Origin: Camelus ferus | Lineage: Eukaryota | DNA length: 64,000 nucleotides | Reading direction: 5' to 3' | Assembly: GCF_009834535.1 (NCBI RefSeq) | Contig: NC_045697.1 | Span: 27,468,001 to 27,532,000, forward strand | In this document: positions 38,493 through 50,480 of the stretch, in pieces | Layout of the letters: the number at the start of each line of letters is the position of its first letter | Numbering within the stretch: the stretch's first letter is position 1 | Position numbers and translations under genes: made by a program | Notes under the pieces: model-generated | What the model was told of the DNA's origin: nothing | Seen by the model: only the letters and a program-made list of their open reading frames with translations | Databases searched by the model: none

Positions 38493-39699
38493 TATGTTTA
38501 TCCCTTCCTGCTCCTAGCCTGTTGGAGGACTATGTTGATGTCTGCTGCTCCCACCCAAACACTCTTCACCAATTTCCTGTCTTGGGTTCATATCCATTAT
38601 CCAAGCAAATAAACAGCTCTCTGAACAGTGATTGATAGTCTTTCTCCTTCCATTCAATCAGATATTTTTATTTAATTTACCATCTATTTCCATATATCAA
38701 TCCTGGAACAAGTAGGCACTCTGGAAGTGTTTGTTTCAACAAGTCCCACCCCACCAAGTCATATATTTATTCTCTTGCATTTCAAGTTTATTTTGTTGAA
38801 TAGTTATGGTCAGTCCATTGGTGTACAAATGTCCGAGACAATGAGCTGCCCTTCTCACTTCCTTTCCTGCCACCCTCCCCACCCACTATGCAAGGCTCCA
38901 GCCAAAAGACTTATTTCAGTCCCTCAAACCCACTAGATTCTCTCCTACCTCAGGGTCTTTGCACATATGGTTCCTGCTCTTTGATGTAATCTTTCTTCCC
39001 TCTGCCTCCATTCTGACTCTTCACAGGTCTTCCTGCTTCTCATCTTTGGACTCTCAGCTTGAACATCAGGTAGAAAACTACCTGGTGACTTTATCTGTCA
39101 GGAGAGAGGGCAGCTGCTTGTGTGGGGTCTCCTCTGGCCCATGAAGAAGGCCAAGGTTGACATGGGCTGGGACCATTAAGGTGATCCTCTCATTTAAGTT
39201 GAAGTTCTTAAGAGCCCAGGTGGGGACTTGGGGGTTAGTCAAATATCTTGAGCTACAGAGAAGCAGTCTTCAAAATGTCCAATGAAGAGATTCTTTGAGG
39301 TTCTTTAGGGGAAGATGGCATGACAATGTGTGAGCCTTCAAAAATGGCACCTCTACTATGTGTGAAACTAAAAATGGTGCCAGGGAGGAAGAAAGGGAGC
39401 TGGTGTCTCCAAATGTGGGTGTGGCCGCCCAAGGCGACTTACAGAATCCAGTCCTGCACAGAGGGAGGAGGCAGGGAGACCAGATGAGGCGGGAATTTAG
39501 AGGACTTGCTTGGGTCTGTATCATGATCTCTTTCAGAAAGATTGGGAAACACAGGTGGTTAAGGGGAGAAAGAAAATTAACTTATTAAAATATTGACGAC
39601 AAAAACAGCTTCTCTGGGTAAGTGTGGAGCAAGAAGGACTCGAGAGGAACATTTCTGCTGTTTGGAAAACAGAGGTTGTTGCTGCTTCAATGAGGGCTG

Positions 39700-39945
39700 C
39701 CCTGAGCCCTGGCCCCCATGCGGTCCCTCTCTATTTCCTCACCCTGTGTGTTAACTTCAGGGCATTTATTGCTGTTTGGAATTATCTAGTTATTCAGGGC
39801 TGTCTTATTCCTTATCTACTTTGAGCTCCTCTAGAATGTAAGCTCCGTGAGGGTAGCAGCTTCATTTGCCTTATTGGCCACTAGATTCCCAGGGCCTAGA
39901 ACAGTGCCCGGCACATCTCAGTGCCGCATCAATGTGAATGAGTGA
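39700..39945 (+). mobile_element. L2 3' end
   Basis: CTAGAATGTAAGCTCCGTGAGGG..GCCTAGAACAGTGCCCGGCACAT..TGAATGAGTGAA. Confidence 0.8.
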
Positions 39946-40344
39946 ACCAAAGGCTGAGACGAGCCAAACGCCTCACCCACTGTGTTCCTGGGGAGGTATC
40001 CAGACTTTATTCTCTTCTGTCTGCTCTGTTCAGATTTGAAGATGAGGCTGTCCAAATAGTATTAAGAACAACACACTGACAAAGAAAAGGGGAGAGCAGC
40101 TCACCCCCCTGAGAACCATGCTGTGTCCACAAGTGTGACCTAAATAAGGCCATTTAACTCTCCCACTAATTTTCTCACCCCCATTTTGCAGACAAAGAAT
40201 CAAGGCCCAGAGAAGTTAAGGAACTTGCCCTAAGCTACTCAGCCAGGAAGACATGGAAGCTAGATATGAATTAAGGTCCTAAAACCCACTCTCTTTCCAT
40301 TATATTAAGACTTGGTGGCAACTGCTGTATAAGAGAAATGAGCT

Positions 40345-40641
40345 AGAGAAAGACTAGTGCCCTATGATTTCACTTATATGTGGAATCTAAATAACAAAAC
40401 AAATGAATAAACAAGACAGAACTAAACTCCTAGATACAGAGAACAGATTGGTGGCTGTCGGAGGGGTAGGAGGTTGGGGTGGAAAGGACAAAGGGGTCAG
40501 TTGTATGGTGGAGGATGCTAACTGGACTCACTGTGGTGGTCACTTTGTAGTGTGTACTAAGACTGAATTATGTTGTACACCTGAAACTAATACAATGTTA
40601 TATACCAGTTGTAACTCAAAAAAAATGTTCGAAAAAAAAAA
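40345..40641 (+). mobile_element. 5'-truncated L1 3' end
   Basis: AGAGAAAGAC..ATGATTTCACTTATATGTGGAATCTAAA..TGTTGTACACCTGAAACTAATACAATGTTATAT followed by an A-rich tail. Confidence 0.85.
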
Positions 40642-40704
40642 GACATAAGTGAGCTCTTTAACTCCTTTAAATAAGCTTAAAACCCCAAGCCCTCGACAAG
40701 GTAA

Positions 40705-41170
40705 GTATAAATAATTGCCATGAAAATTGTCCTTAACAAAACTGTTTCAAAACTCTGGTGGACAGCACTCAGCACTAATTCTTGTTCTTGTGTTCATGGA
40801 TTGGCTGAGGTTTGGCTGATCCAGGCTGAGCTCTGCTGGGCGTGGCTCCAAGCCGTGGGTTGGGTTAGGTCTGCTCCAGGCATCTTGCATTATGCTGGTA
40901 CCAGCGGGTCTCCCAGGGCATGTCTTTCCCTTGGTGATGGCAGAAGCTCAGAGAGGAAGAGTGGAAATGCATCCTACATAAGGTGCGGCTTGGTAGGGAT
41001 GCATTGTTCCCTTCTGAACAATTCCACTAGCTGAAGCCAATCACATGCCACCTAAGCCCAGCGCCAATGGGGTGGGAAGTGCACACCATCAGAGGATAAT
41101 GGCAGAGACAAATGGCAAAGGTTGTTGATCCTGAGAGGAGTGAACAATGGGGGGTAACGATGCCATCGAC
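40705..41170 (-). mobile_element. Old MLT1-type MaLR LTR (subfamily uncertain)
   Basis: GGCTGATCCAGGCTGAGCTCTGCTGGG..GGTTAGGTCTGCTCCA..TGATGGCAGAAGCTCAGA..TCACATGCC..AAGCCCAGCGCCAATGGG. Confidence 0.55.
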
Positions 41171-42019
41171 CATAGACAGGGATGTGCGTGTGGAATGTAG
41201 GTGATGGGCAGGCACTGTGCCCTGTGCTTTACCTATATTGTGTCATTGAAGGCTCACAGCAATCTCATGAGGTAAGATTATTGTTATCTGTATCTTTCAA
41301 GGAGAAAATTTAGGTTCAAATTGGGTAGTTGCTCGAAGTCTCATAGAAGTAAATGACTTAGCAGGCACACCCACCCAGGTCTGTTTGGCAAACAAAGCCC
41401 ATAGTCTTAGCCTTCATTCAGCTCGACTGAGAGAACTAGCAGCTGTGATGGGAAGGGAGCTGCCAGTAAGTTTTGAAAAACTGTGGTTGATAAGGAAAGG
41501 ACCAGAAGACTAGACACACACGAACAGATGCAATTTGAAGAAGTGGGAGAAAGGGGGCTCCTGGGACTGTATACAAGCTTGAGTTTCGTTTTGTGTCAAG
41601 GATGGATGCCTTATTTTAAAAAACAAAAAACAAAAAACAACTAAATCAAAAACTCTAGGGAAAAAACCACCATTCTGTGTCTGGGCTAATAAATCAGATT
41701 GGACACTAGCAGCCCGAATGGTAATGGTCAGTCACCCCTTCTGTTTTGAGTCTTGGTTTTCTTCTCTTGTGGCCTCTGGTGCTCTTAATGGCTGACTGCC
41801 TTAATTCTGAACTTGCCCATACCCTGGACCTTTGATTTGGGTCCCTCAGGGATGGCTTGAGGGCTGCGTGCACAAAGCCCATGTGGGTTCCTGCTGGTCA
41901 GCCACACCACCTTGTACTTGGCTCCTAGACAAAGCCAGGTACCTGTCCCCTGCTCTCCATACCAACCTGGCACGCTGTCAGGATTCTCCTAAGTCCTATA
42001 CCCCGAGGAGGCATGCTTT

Positions 42020-42480
42020 CCTGGAACATCCTAGAATAAATTTAGAACAAGTGGCTTGTGGGCATTTCTAAAGGTGATCCGTGGGGACAGCGTGAGCTCA
42101 GTAAGGATGAACATGGTCTAGTAAATCTGATCTCCTTTGCTAAAAAACTGGCCCAGCAGATCAAGGGAGGGTCATGAGGGTAGCATCCAGATTCCAGGGG
42201 CTGGACAAAGTCTATCATGATCTTTTTCAGAAAGATTGGGAAACACAGGTTGATTTAGGACAAGTAGATTAGTTCCTCGCTGGTTAAAAAATGATGCTGT
42301 CATTAATTAGATGTGCTGATTAATGACAGCTTGAGGGAGGCTGCTGGTGTTAAACAATAGAGCTCTGTCCTCAGCCCGATCCTGTCGCTCCCGCCTCCTT
42401 GCCCTTGTCTTTCTCTGAACAACTGGGATGAAGATATAGGAGCCTGGTTTATGATATTGGTGAGTACCCTAAACCAAGGG
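42020..42480 (+). mobile_element. L3/CR1 LINE reverse-transcriptase fossil
   Basis: Frameshifted translation gives collinear CR1 RT-like motifs: NLISF (AATCTGATCTCCTTT), DQG, DKVYHDL, KIGKHRL, WL, VLINDS, SSVLSPIL, DEDI. Compare CR1 NLISFFD..DQG..FDKVSHDIL..WL..RVVING..QGSVLGPVL..DLDEGI. Confidence 0.7.
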
Positions 42481-43024
42481 AGAGTAGCTTATACAAAAAT
42501 AAAAGGGTCAAAGGGTCAAATTAAAAATGGCACTAACATATCTAGCCCTTCTCTAGAGAATGATCCTATTTAAGTCTCTAGACAACTCTGTGTGGCAGGT
42601 ATGACCAATTATCCTCACTTCAGATGAGGCTCAGGGCTTAAATAAATTCCCTAAGATCACTCAACATTGTACCGCAGGGATCCCAGGTTTAAATCCTGGT
42701 TTTTCCAATTCCAAATGCAACACTCTTTAAAATGGGGTCAAAATAAACAAGAAAAAATTAATAGAGGCATATTTTCAAAAATACACAAACACAGGTTGGG
42801 AGAGAGACCGGAGGCACCAACTGCCTCGGGATGTCTCACAGTGTTACTCCCTGGTCCTGGGCTCTGTGATGGCCGCCTGGCTCTCTGACAGAGCTGGTAT
42901 TCTCCTCCCAGCCTGGCCTTCTCCTGGCCATGGTAAGCTCATCCTGCTGGAACAGAAGACCGGGAATGTGAACTTGGCCCCTGACTCTCATAAAGCTTCC
43001 AACTCCTGATCTGATTCAGGGATA

Positions 43025-43225
43025 CCCATGGCATGATGGAAAAGATGTGAGCTTAGGCGTTTTGCTAATTAGTTGTGTGCCCTTGGGAAAGTAAACTAAA
43101 CCTCTCCCAGCCTCAGTTTCTTTTTCTGTAAAAGGAGAGACTGATGGTGCGAATCTTAGAGGATTACATGAGATGATGCCTGTAAAACACTTGAGGCAGC
43201 ACCTGCCTCCTAGAGGGTCCTAATA
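43025..43225 (+). mobile_element. MIR SINE
   Basis: TGTGTGCCCTTGGGAAAGTAAACTAAACCTCTCCCAGCCTCAGTTTCTTTTTCTGTAAAA core. Confidence 0.8.
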
Positions 43226-44384
43226 CATCCCAGCTCATCTTCAGAGTTAGGAAATCTCGGGCTGCTGCACAATTATGACCATGATTGTCTGAGGATGGTC
43301 ACTGCGCTCTCATCCTTTCTGGATCGAAGTGCTAGCTTCAGTAATCCAGAAGATGTGGGTGGATGCTGATTCTTCTGGAGAATGCCCGCGTGTGATCAGC
43401 CACGTTTGCTTTGCCATGCCTCATGGGGACTTTCTCATATTACAAGAAGTGTGAACTTAGACTTTTTAGAGTCATCCAGCCAGGCAGGCAAATGCAATGA
43501 ATAACCTGTCTTTTTGTCTCCTTTCCTTTCCTTTCTGGGAGGTGTGGTAGACGAGACGGGGGGAAGGTGCAGAAAGCGTGGGGAGCCAGTGCCTTTGTGA
43601 AGCTCTTTCTCAGTGTTGCATTTTGTCTTTTCTGAGTCCCTTTGTCTTCTGGGTGATACAAGGAAGCTGCCATTTGCCTAGAATTTAATACTTTCCTCTA
43701 TTTGCTTTAATCCTCACCAGGACCAGGTGTTTCTTTTGGATTTTGAAGTTTCTGTCAATAGAAGTTTACTCATTTAGCACCATAAAACCCTAGTTAAACA
43801 AGACACATGATTTTAGAGATCATAAAAGAAAAAACAAATTAAGCATTTTCAAAGAAATATATTTTAAGCTATATTCAAATACCAAGCACTTACCCCAGAC
43901 AAGAACTAAATTCTTCTGGATTAATAGATTGTAAAGCTGAGTAATTTATTTTGTACAACAGTAGATATTAATTTACCAAATGCTTCCCATGGTAAGGATT
44001 CTATCCAGAATGTGGTGGTGAGGCTAGCGAAACGTAGTGGTCAGAACCTACATACCCTCATCTTAGTTATCTCATGTTGATTTCTAACAATGGGCACTAT
44101 ACAAACTCCTCATCTCCTGAATTTATATTAATGGGCATTAAACCTTGGGGTCAGTCCTCTAGCTTAGCACTCAGACTTTACCTTTCTGTTAATCACTTGG
44201 TCACCTCTCTGATTACCAACCATCACAAAACCAGAGCACATGTCTCACATACATTAGCATCCACTAATTTCCTTCACTGTTCCTACAATCAACAATCCCT
44301 TCTGCACATGCTAGCTAGTTCCACCTATTTCTCTCCACTTTCTAATTCATCTCTCTGAGTTTCACCATAATATTAAATTTCTTT

Positions 44385-44922
44385 TCCTTCTTTTAAAAAC
44401 TTCATTGAGGTATAACTTACATACCATCAAATTTGCCCATTTTAAGTGTACAAATTCAATGATTTTTAGTGAACGAACAGAGTTATGCAACCATCACCAT
44501 AATCCAATATAAGAGCAATTCGGTCACCCCAATAAGATCTCTCAGCCCATTGTTCCTAGCCCCACCCTCAGGCAACCACTAATCTACTTTCTGTTTCTCA
44601 GATTTGCCCTTTCTGAATATTTCATAGAAATTGAATCATATAACAAGTGGTCTTGTCTGTCTTGTTTCACTTAGCATCTGAGAGTCCTTTGTGTTGTAGC
44701 ATATATGAGTACTTTGTTCCTTTTTGTTGCTGTATAGTATTCCATTGTGTGGATATATACCACCTTTTGTTTATCCACAACCAGTTGATGGACATTCGGA
44801 TTGTTTCCACTTTTTGACTGCTGTGAATAATGTTGCTGTGAACATTGATTGGCATACAAGTCTGTGTGGACATATGCTTTTGTTTCTTTGGGGTAAATAC
44901 TTAGGTGTGGAATTGATGGGCA
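44385..44922 (-). mobile_element. L1 (L1MB-like) 3' end
   Basis: CATTGAGGTATAACTTACATACCAT..CAGGCAACCACTAATCTACTTTCTG..GTTGATGGACATT; reverse translation resembles the ORF2 C-terminus (MFTATLFT..KKWKQSECPST). Confidence 0.85.
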
Positions 44923-45199
44923 CAACGCTTTTTAATAGCATTTTTAATAGCATCATGATTGGCAATATACAGATATACTAAGTTTTGGGAACAATTTACA
45001 GATTCAGTTGAACCTTTGGTTCAAACGTATGAACATGTATCTAATTTAGTTGTAAAATTTTCATCAAAGTATGGTGTTTTATTACATCTCTGAACTGGCA
45101 TTGCCCCTTCTACCATCTTGAATATGTGAAGAATTATGTATTTACTCAGTTGAAATTGATTAATATTAACCTTAAAAATTATGCTCTAAATAGTTCATT

Positions 45200-45355
45200 G
45201 CAGGAACACAGGGAAAGACCACTGAATTTGGAATCAGAAAAACTTGGATTTGATTCCTGTCTCTGTCACTTACTGAAGTCTTTGGACAAAACTATTCAAT
45301 ATCTCTGGGATTAAGTTTCCTCCTTGACAATAAGGGATGATGGTGTTTACCCTGC
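45200..45355 (+). mobile_element. MIR SINE fragment
   Basis: TTTGGAATCAGAAAAACTTGGATTTGATTCCTGTCTCTGTCACTTACT. Confidence 0.7.
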
Positions 45356-47918
45356 CACCACACAGCAGCATTGTTCACGTAACCCGTAAAAATCTGGAGC
45401 CAAGTGGTTCAGTCTCAAAATGGTATCATACGGAAGAAGCATAGTTCAATAGCCAAAGGTAGTTACAAAGGAATTCTGTTCTTTTCTTATGTCTCCTGAT
45501 GGAAAGTAAAGCAAATCTAAGCACCCCACACACAGGAAATCCCTTTTCTGCTAATTTTCTCCTCTTTTTCACACCCTCCCTTCTTTCATTATGTAAATTA
45601 ACTTAGCTTCTCTCCCAGGAAGAGGGAATTCTCCCTGGATAGAGGAAGGGAATCAGGTTGGCAACGTCAGGGCTTTTCCTGGATGGATGAAGGAGGAATC
45701 TGAGTATGAAGTCTTTTCACGTGTGTTATGAAGTATAACACACAATGAAAATGTCCCGTATTATTGTGATCGTCGTAGTCGTCAACATCATCAATAGTAT
45801 AAGGTGGCAGAATAGCTATGCCTGTACCACAAACAAATCATTTACCTGCTAAAACACTACCAGGTCCAGAGTATTGCATGTTATCCATTTTAGACAAATA
45901 ACCCACCCTATCTTTTGACATTTCTGAAATAAGGATGTGTCTTTGGACAAGTAATAATTTTAATCACTGTTAGCCACTTCCCCCCATTTTAATGTCTCTG
46001 AAATCCTACTGCCAGGGATGTCTGAGATAAAACATGGACTATTGACTTCACCCACGTTTGGCTCCAAGTCTGTAATGACGGGGGAGGAGGGTGGCCCGGT
46101 AGCCACATGGGCAAGGCCGTGTGAGCAGCTTGCCCTCAGGAGAGGGAAGGAGTCTAGCATGGGGTCAGGCCCACGGCCGGGTGCTCTTGGAGTTTTGATA
46201 ATATACCAAGTGAAAGGGAGGTTCAGGAGTCTCTTTCCACCTCACTGTGTGGCACACTCCCACCTCCGGATTCCTTACGCGGCCACAGGATTCCTCACAA
46301 ACCAGTTTCAGTATGAGGCAGCCTCTCTGGAAAATATACACCACGTCTGAAGTCAGGCCTTGTATCTCTGGGCCATTCATTCACTCCTAACTAGCTACCC
46401 AAGGGCCCCTTAGAGGGACAGCGATTGGAGTTGAATGTAACAATTTCCACCGGTGCCAAGGGAGGGTGTATCACCCTGCCTGCCGGCTAGCGGCGCCAGG
46501 GCTGTAAGATAATGTTAGGACAAGAAGTTCAGAAGCACAGGAAATGAAAACAATACAGTGGCCTGGGATGGAGCTCAGGACAGAAACGACCTCAGAGCAG
46601 CCAGGGTCTGTTTGTAAAAGCATAGGTTGTTCAAGCAAAAAAAATAATGGGCAGAAACCTACAGCTGCCGTTCCCAGGAAGCAACTTGCCAGGAGGAGGG
46701 GAGGAGGTGTCCCGAGACTCCTCCCCTGTGACAGGGCCTGTGGCCCGGAGAGCGGAGCTGTCAGTGCAGGGGCTGTGGTCCGGCTGAGGCCCCAGCAGGG
46801 CCAGGTTTCCGGACTCTAAGTAAATAAAAGACAGTTAAAATGTATAAGGGCTCGCCTTTCAGAAATGTATTTCTCTCTTCCTTGCTTCCTCTTACGGTCT
46901 GTTGGTTTAGCACAGACTCTGACCAGTTTTTGCTTTCGGCCTGCTGGTCACCTGGTCAGGGAGTCCGAGTATCTGGAAAGGGCTTCGAGTTGGGACCTCT
47001 GGTTTACTGTTGCATCGCTCTAGGTTGGTCTAACTCCTGGGGTGGGGAGGGGGTCTCTGAGTGAGCTGACCTGGGACTTCCCTGGTTTTAGAAGGGACTA
47101 AATGTAGGTATGTAGAGAAGTCAGTCAGTGTTGTGGAATGAGCTGCTGTAAGGATAAACAGAGCGTAAGTGGCCAAGAGATGTTGACCAGGGGAGGGTCT
47201 TTGTGGGCCTCAGGAGCCACGTCTGAGAGGGACCTGGGGAAATGGGGCTGCTCAGGCCTACCAGCCATTGACTGGTTGGGTTCCAGGTGGTGAGCTGGAT
47301 GGCTTAGGGTAGTTTGGGCAGGACAAGTGACAGGTAAGAGAGCGGAGTGGGGAAAGATCAAGGATTGCAGTAGCATCCACAGCAGTGGATAGAATGGGGA
47401 GGAAGCTCACACTCCAGAAATCCTTTCATTTCATACAAGGGAACAAGAGGCACCCTCCACTTCTAAAGAGAGGTCCGTCATGGGTGGGAGACTTGCCGAG
47501 AGACCTGGTTAAAAGTCCTAGCCCATTCCAAGCAGTGGAGACTGGTCTAGAGGCAGGACTTTCAATCACCAACTCCATCTTCTGCTTACTCTAAGCCAAG
47601 AAATCAGAAGTAGGAGAAGCCTGTCTCTGTGAAGAAATTCCAGCTCCAAAAAATTTCTTCCCTGCATATGAGGTAGTCACTTTCCAGATCGGCAGCAAAG
47701 CCTCAGAGACTGAGGTGCCCCGATACAAAGCTCCAGGAACATTCAGGAGAACTGGAGGGAGGATTGTGGAAGGGTCTCTGAAAGTTCCAGGTGTAGCAGG
47801 ACAACCAGGCATGTTCTTAGGATCACACAACATTAGAGGTAAAGGAGACTCTAGGGTTTACTCAAAAAAGATTCACAATGGTTTACAAAATTGGGGGCAA
47901 ACAATAAAAAATCAACAG

Positions 47919-49297
47919 GATTCTTCCAAAGAAAGCATACAGGTGGTCACTTGGCACATGAAAAGATGCTCAGCATCACTAATCATCAGTGAGATGCCAA
48001 TCAAGACCACAGTGAGATTTCATCTCACACCTGTCAGAATGGCCATCATCAAAAAGACCACAAATAACAAGTGTTGGTGAGGATGTGGAGAAAAGGGAAC
48101 CCTAATGTAATGTAAGTGGAAATGTGAATTGGTATAGCTACTATGCAAAACAGTAAGGAGGTTCCTCAAAAAATTAAAAATTGAACCACCATGTGATCCA
48201 GCAATTCCACTCCTGGGTATTTATCTGAAGAGGAATGAAAACAGTGATTCAGAAAGATATATGCACTCCTGTGCTCACTGCAGCATTATTTACAATAGTC
48301 AAGATATGCAAGCAACCCAAGTACCCACTGATGGATGAATAGATGAAGAAGATGTGACACATAAATATAGTGGAATATTATTTAGCCATAAAAGGAATGG
48401 AATCTTGCCATCTGTGACAACATGAACGGATCTAGAGAGTATTAGGCTAAGTGAAATAAATCAAACAGAGAAAGACAAACAGAATCTAAAAAACAAAACA
48501 AATGATTAAACATAATGAAATAGAAGCAGGGTTATAGATACAAAGAACAAACAGGGGAGAGGGGTAGGGGAGGAAAGAAATAGGTGAGGGAGATTAAGAG
48601 GTACAAAATAAATGAGTCATGGGTGTGAAATTTAGTTTGGGGAATATAGTCAATTACTGGTATAGCTCAAGTGGTAGAGCACATGCTTAGCAGGTACAAG
48701 GTCCTGGGTTCAGTCCCCAGTACCTCCTCTATAAATAAGTAAACCTAATTACCTCCCCTCCCCAAAAAATAAAATTAAGAAAATTTAAAAAAGTATGTAA
48801 TATCTTTGTATGGTGACATATTGTAACTAGACTTATCATGATCAGTTTGCAATATACAGAAATATCAAATCACTATGTAGTATAACATAGTGGTGTAGGT
48901 CAGTTATACTTCAAAAACCAAAAAACAGAGAAAAAGAGGTCAGGTTTGTGGTTACTAGAGGTGAGGGCACGGTAGGGGGAATTGGATGAAGGCAGTCAAA
49001 AGTAGAAACTTCCAATTACAAGATAAATAAATACTATGGATGTAATGTACAATACAATAAACATAATTAACACTGATGTATGTTATATATGAAAGTTGTT
49101 AAGAGAGTAAATCCTAAGAGTTCTCATCACAAGAAAAATGTTTTTCTTTCTTTAATTTTGTTTCTATAGGAAATGATGGATGTTCACTAAACTTGCTGTA
49201 GTAACTATTCCGTGAAGTTTATAAGTCAAATCATTATGCTGTACACCTAAACTTATACAGAGCTGTGTGTCAGTTATATCTCAATAAAACCAGAAGA
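47919..49297 (+). mobile_element. 5'-truncated L1 (ORF2 C-terminus plus 3' UTR)
   Basis: Translation [41 protein letters not shown] is the L1 ORF2 C-terminal region. 13-bp TSD AAAAAATCAACAG at 47906-47918 and 49298-49310. Confidence 0.95.
48659..48792 (+). mobile_element. tRNA-Ala-derived SINE (camelid Vic-1-like) nested in the L1 3' UTR
   Basis: GGTATAGCTCAAGTGGTAGAGCACATGCTTAGCAGGTACAAGGTCCTGGGTTCAGTCCCCAGTACCTCC, then TAAATAAGTAAACCTAATTACCTCCCC and an A-rich tail. Confidence 0.9.
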
Positions 49298-49310
49298 AAA
49301 AAATCAACAG

Positions 49311-49540
49311 CGTTCAAATAAAAGTCCGTATTTCAGGGCCCTCTTAAAAAATCAGATGACTGGTGACACAAATGTCACATTCCTCTAGTAGTTGAGTTGA
49401 GTTCCTGTCATTGAAGAGGAGTTCCTCACTTCAGGAGGTACCTGTGCCCACAAATCTCTACAGTCCCCACCACTCCCTATTGCCTTCTGGACACTTTCCT
49501 TACACTCATTTCCTTCATTTACACTTGCTGCTCGGTTCTA
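49311..49540 (+). mobile_element. MER102-like hAT fossil (probable L1 target)
   Basis: ACAGTCCCCACCACTCCCTATTG recalled as a MER102 signature. Confidence 0.45.
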
Positions 49541-50462
49541 GAATCCTTGCTGCGGACCAACAGTTCCTTTATCTATAAGGAAACTGAGGTCCCCAGAGGG
49601 AAAATGTCTTGCCTAAGATGAGGTAAATTGGTAAATACTGGAGCTAGGACTTAAACCCAGGACCTTCAAACCCAGCCCAACATCTTGTCTCCACATCTGG
49701 ACGAGAGACTGCTATGAAACCGTGGTCTCCTGACTCCAGTCCAGTGTGCTTTCTGTCATTGTCCTTGGGCTGCCACAAGGACTCAGGGAAACAGGAACTG
49801 GAAAGGGAATGTGAGGGTGATGGTGGTGGTGGGAAGGGTGCAACTGAAAATTTTTTAACAGTGAGAGACTATGACTTAGGACTCAGGGAGAGGAAAAAAA
49901 TTTCCCCAAACACAAAGATCAAGGAAGTAAGTTGTGGAAGAGAAAGAGGAAAGAAATTCAGGCTGCCCCAGCATTTACTGTCAGAAATACTAAAATCCCC
50001 CAGAGTTGAGAACCTAATTATTACCGAAAGCCTTGCCTAGTTTACAGTCTGAAGACTGTCAAAATTGAGAAACTTTAGAAATTGTGTATAGTTTTTGGAT
50101 GAAAGATAAAAACTAACTAGGAAGGTGTAAGGGGAAGTTCTGTTTTTGAAGTGGACACTGAGATGGAATAAATACTCTTACAAAAATAAGACTGATACAG
50201 GCATACTGCTTCGAAACTTAAAAAGCAATTTTATTTGCACTATCTTAAGTATCATGAAAGGCTTATAATTGTTTTATGGCCAAAGGGGTCTCTCCTCCCA
50301 ACTTCTTGCCCCTCTGATGGAATCCCATGATCTTGGATAGAGATGCTTAAACTCCAGGAGGGTGCTATAAATATCTCAGACCAGATGTCCGGGAGAACAT
50401 ACATGTTGCTTGAAAAGTGGTTTTATTTGCACAAGGTTGCTGCTTTTTTTGTTTCCAGCAAC

Positions 50463-50480
50463 TGTGTGTGTGTGTGTGTG
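50463..50480. repeat. (TG)9 microsatellite
   Basis: Seen directly. Confidence 0.9.

Noticed and set aside
44667..44981. Cluster of ORFs with protein-like text
   Set aside because: These are translations of a decayed L1 ORF2 end or its antisense strand
46477..46500. CTCF-like CCGGCTAGCGGCGCC
   Set aside because: Mismatches at several highly informative core positions
15948..47082. Isolated NF-kB-like (15948, 45624, 47073) and p53 half-site (26304) motifs
   Set aside because: Single short motifs are expected by chance in 64 kb and show no clustering
48659..48728. tRNA-Ala(AGC)-like sequence (also at 16640-16703)
   Set aside because: Truncated 5' acceptor stem, stem mismatches and an attached SINE body with A-rich tail show it is a SINE, not a tRNA gene
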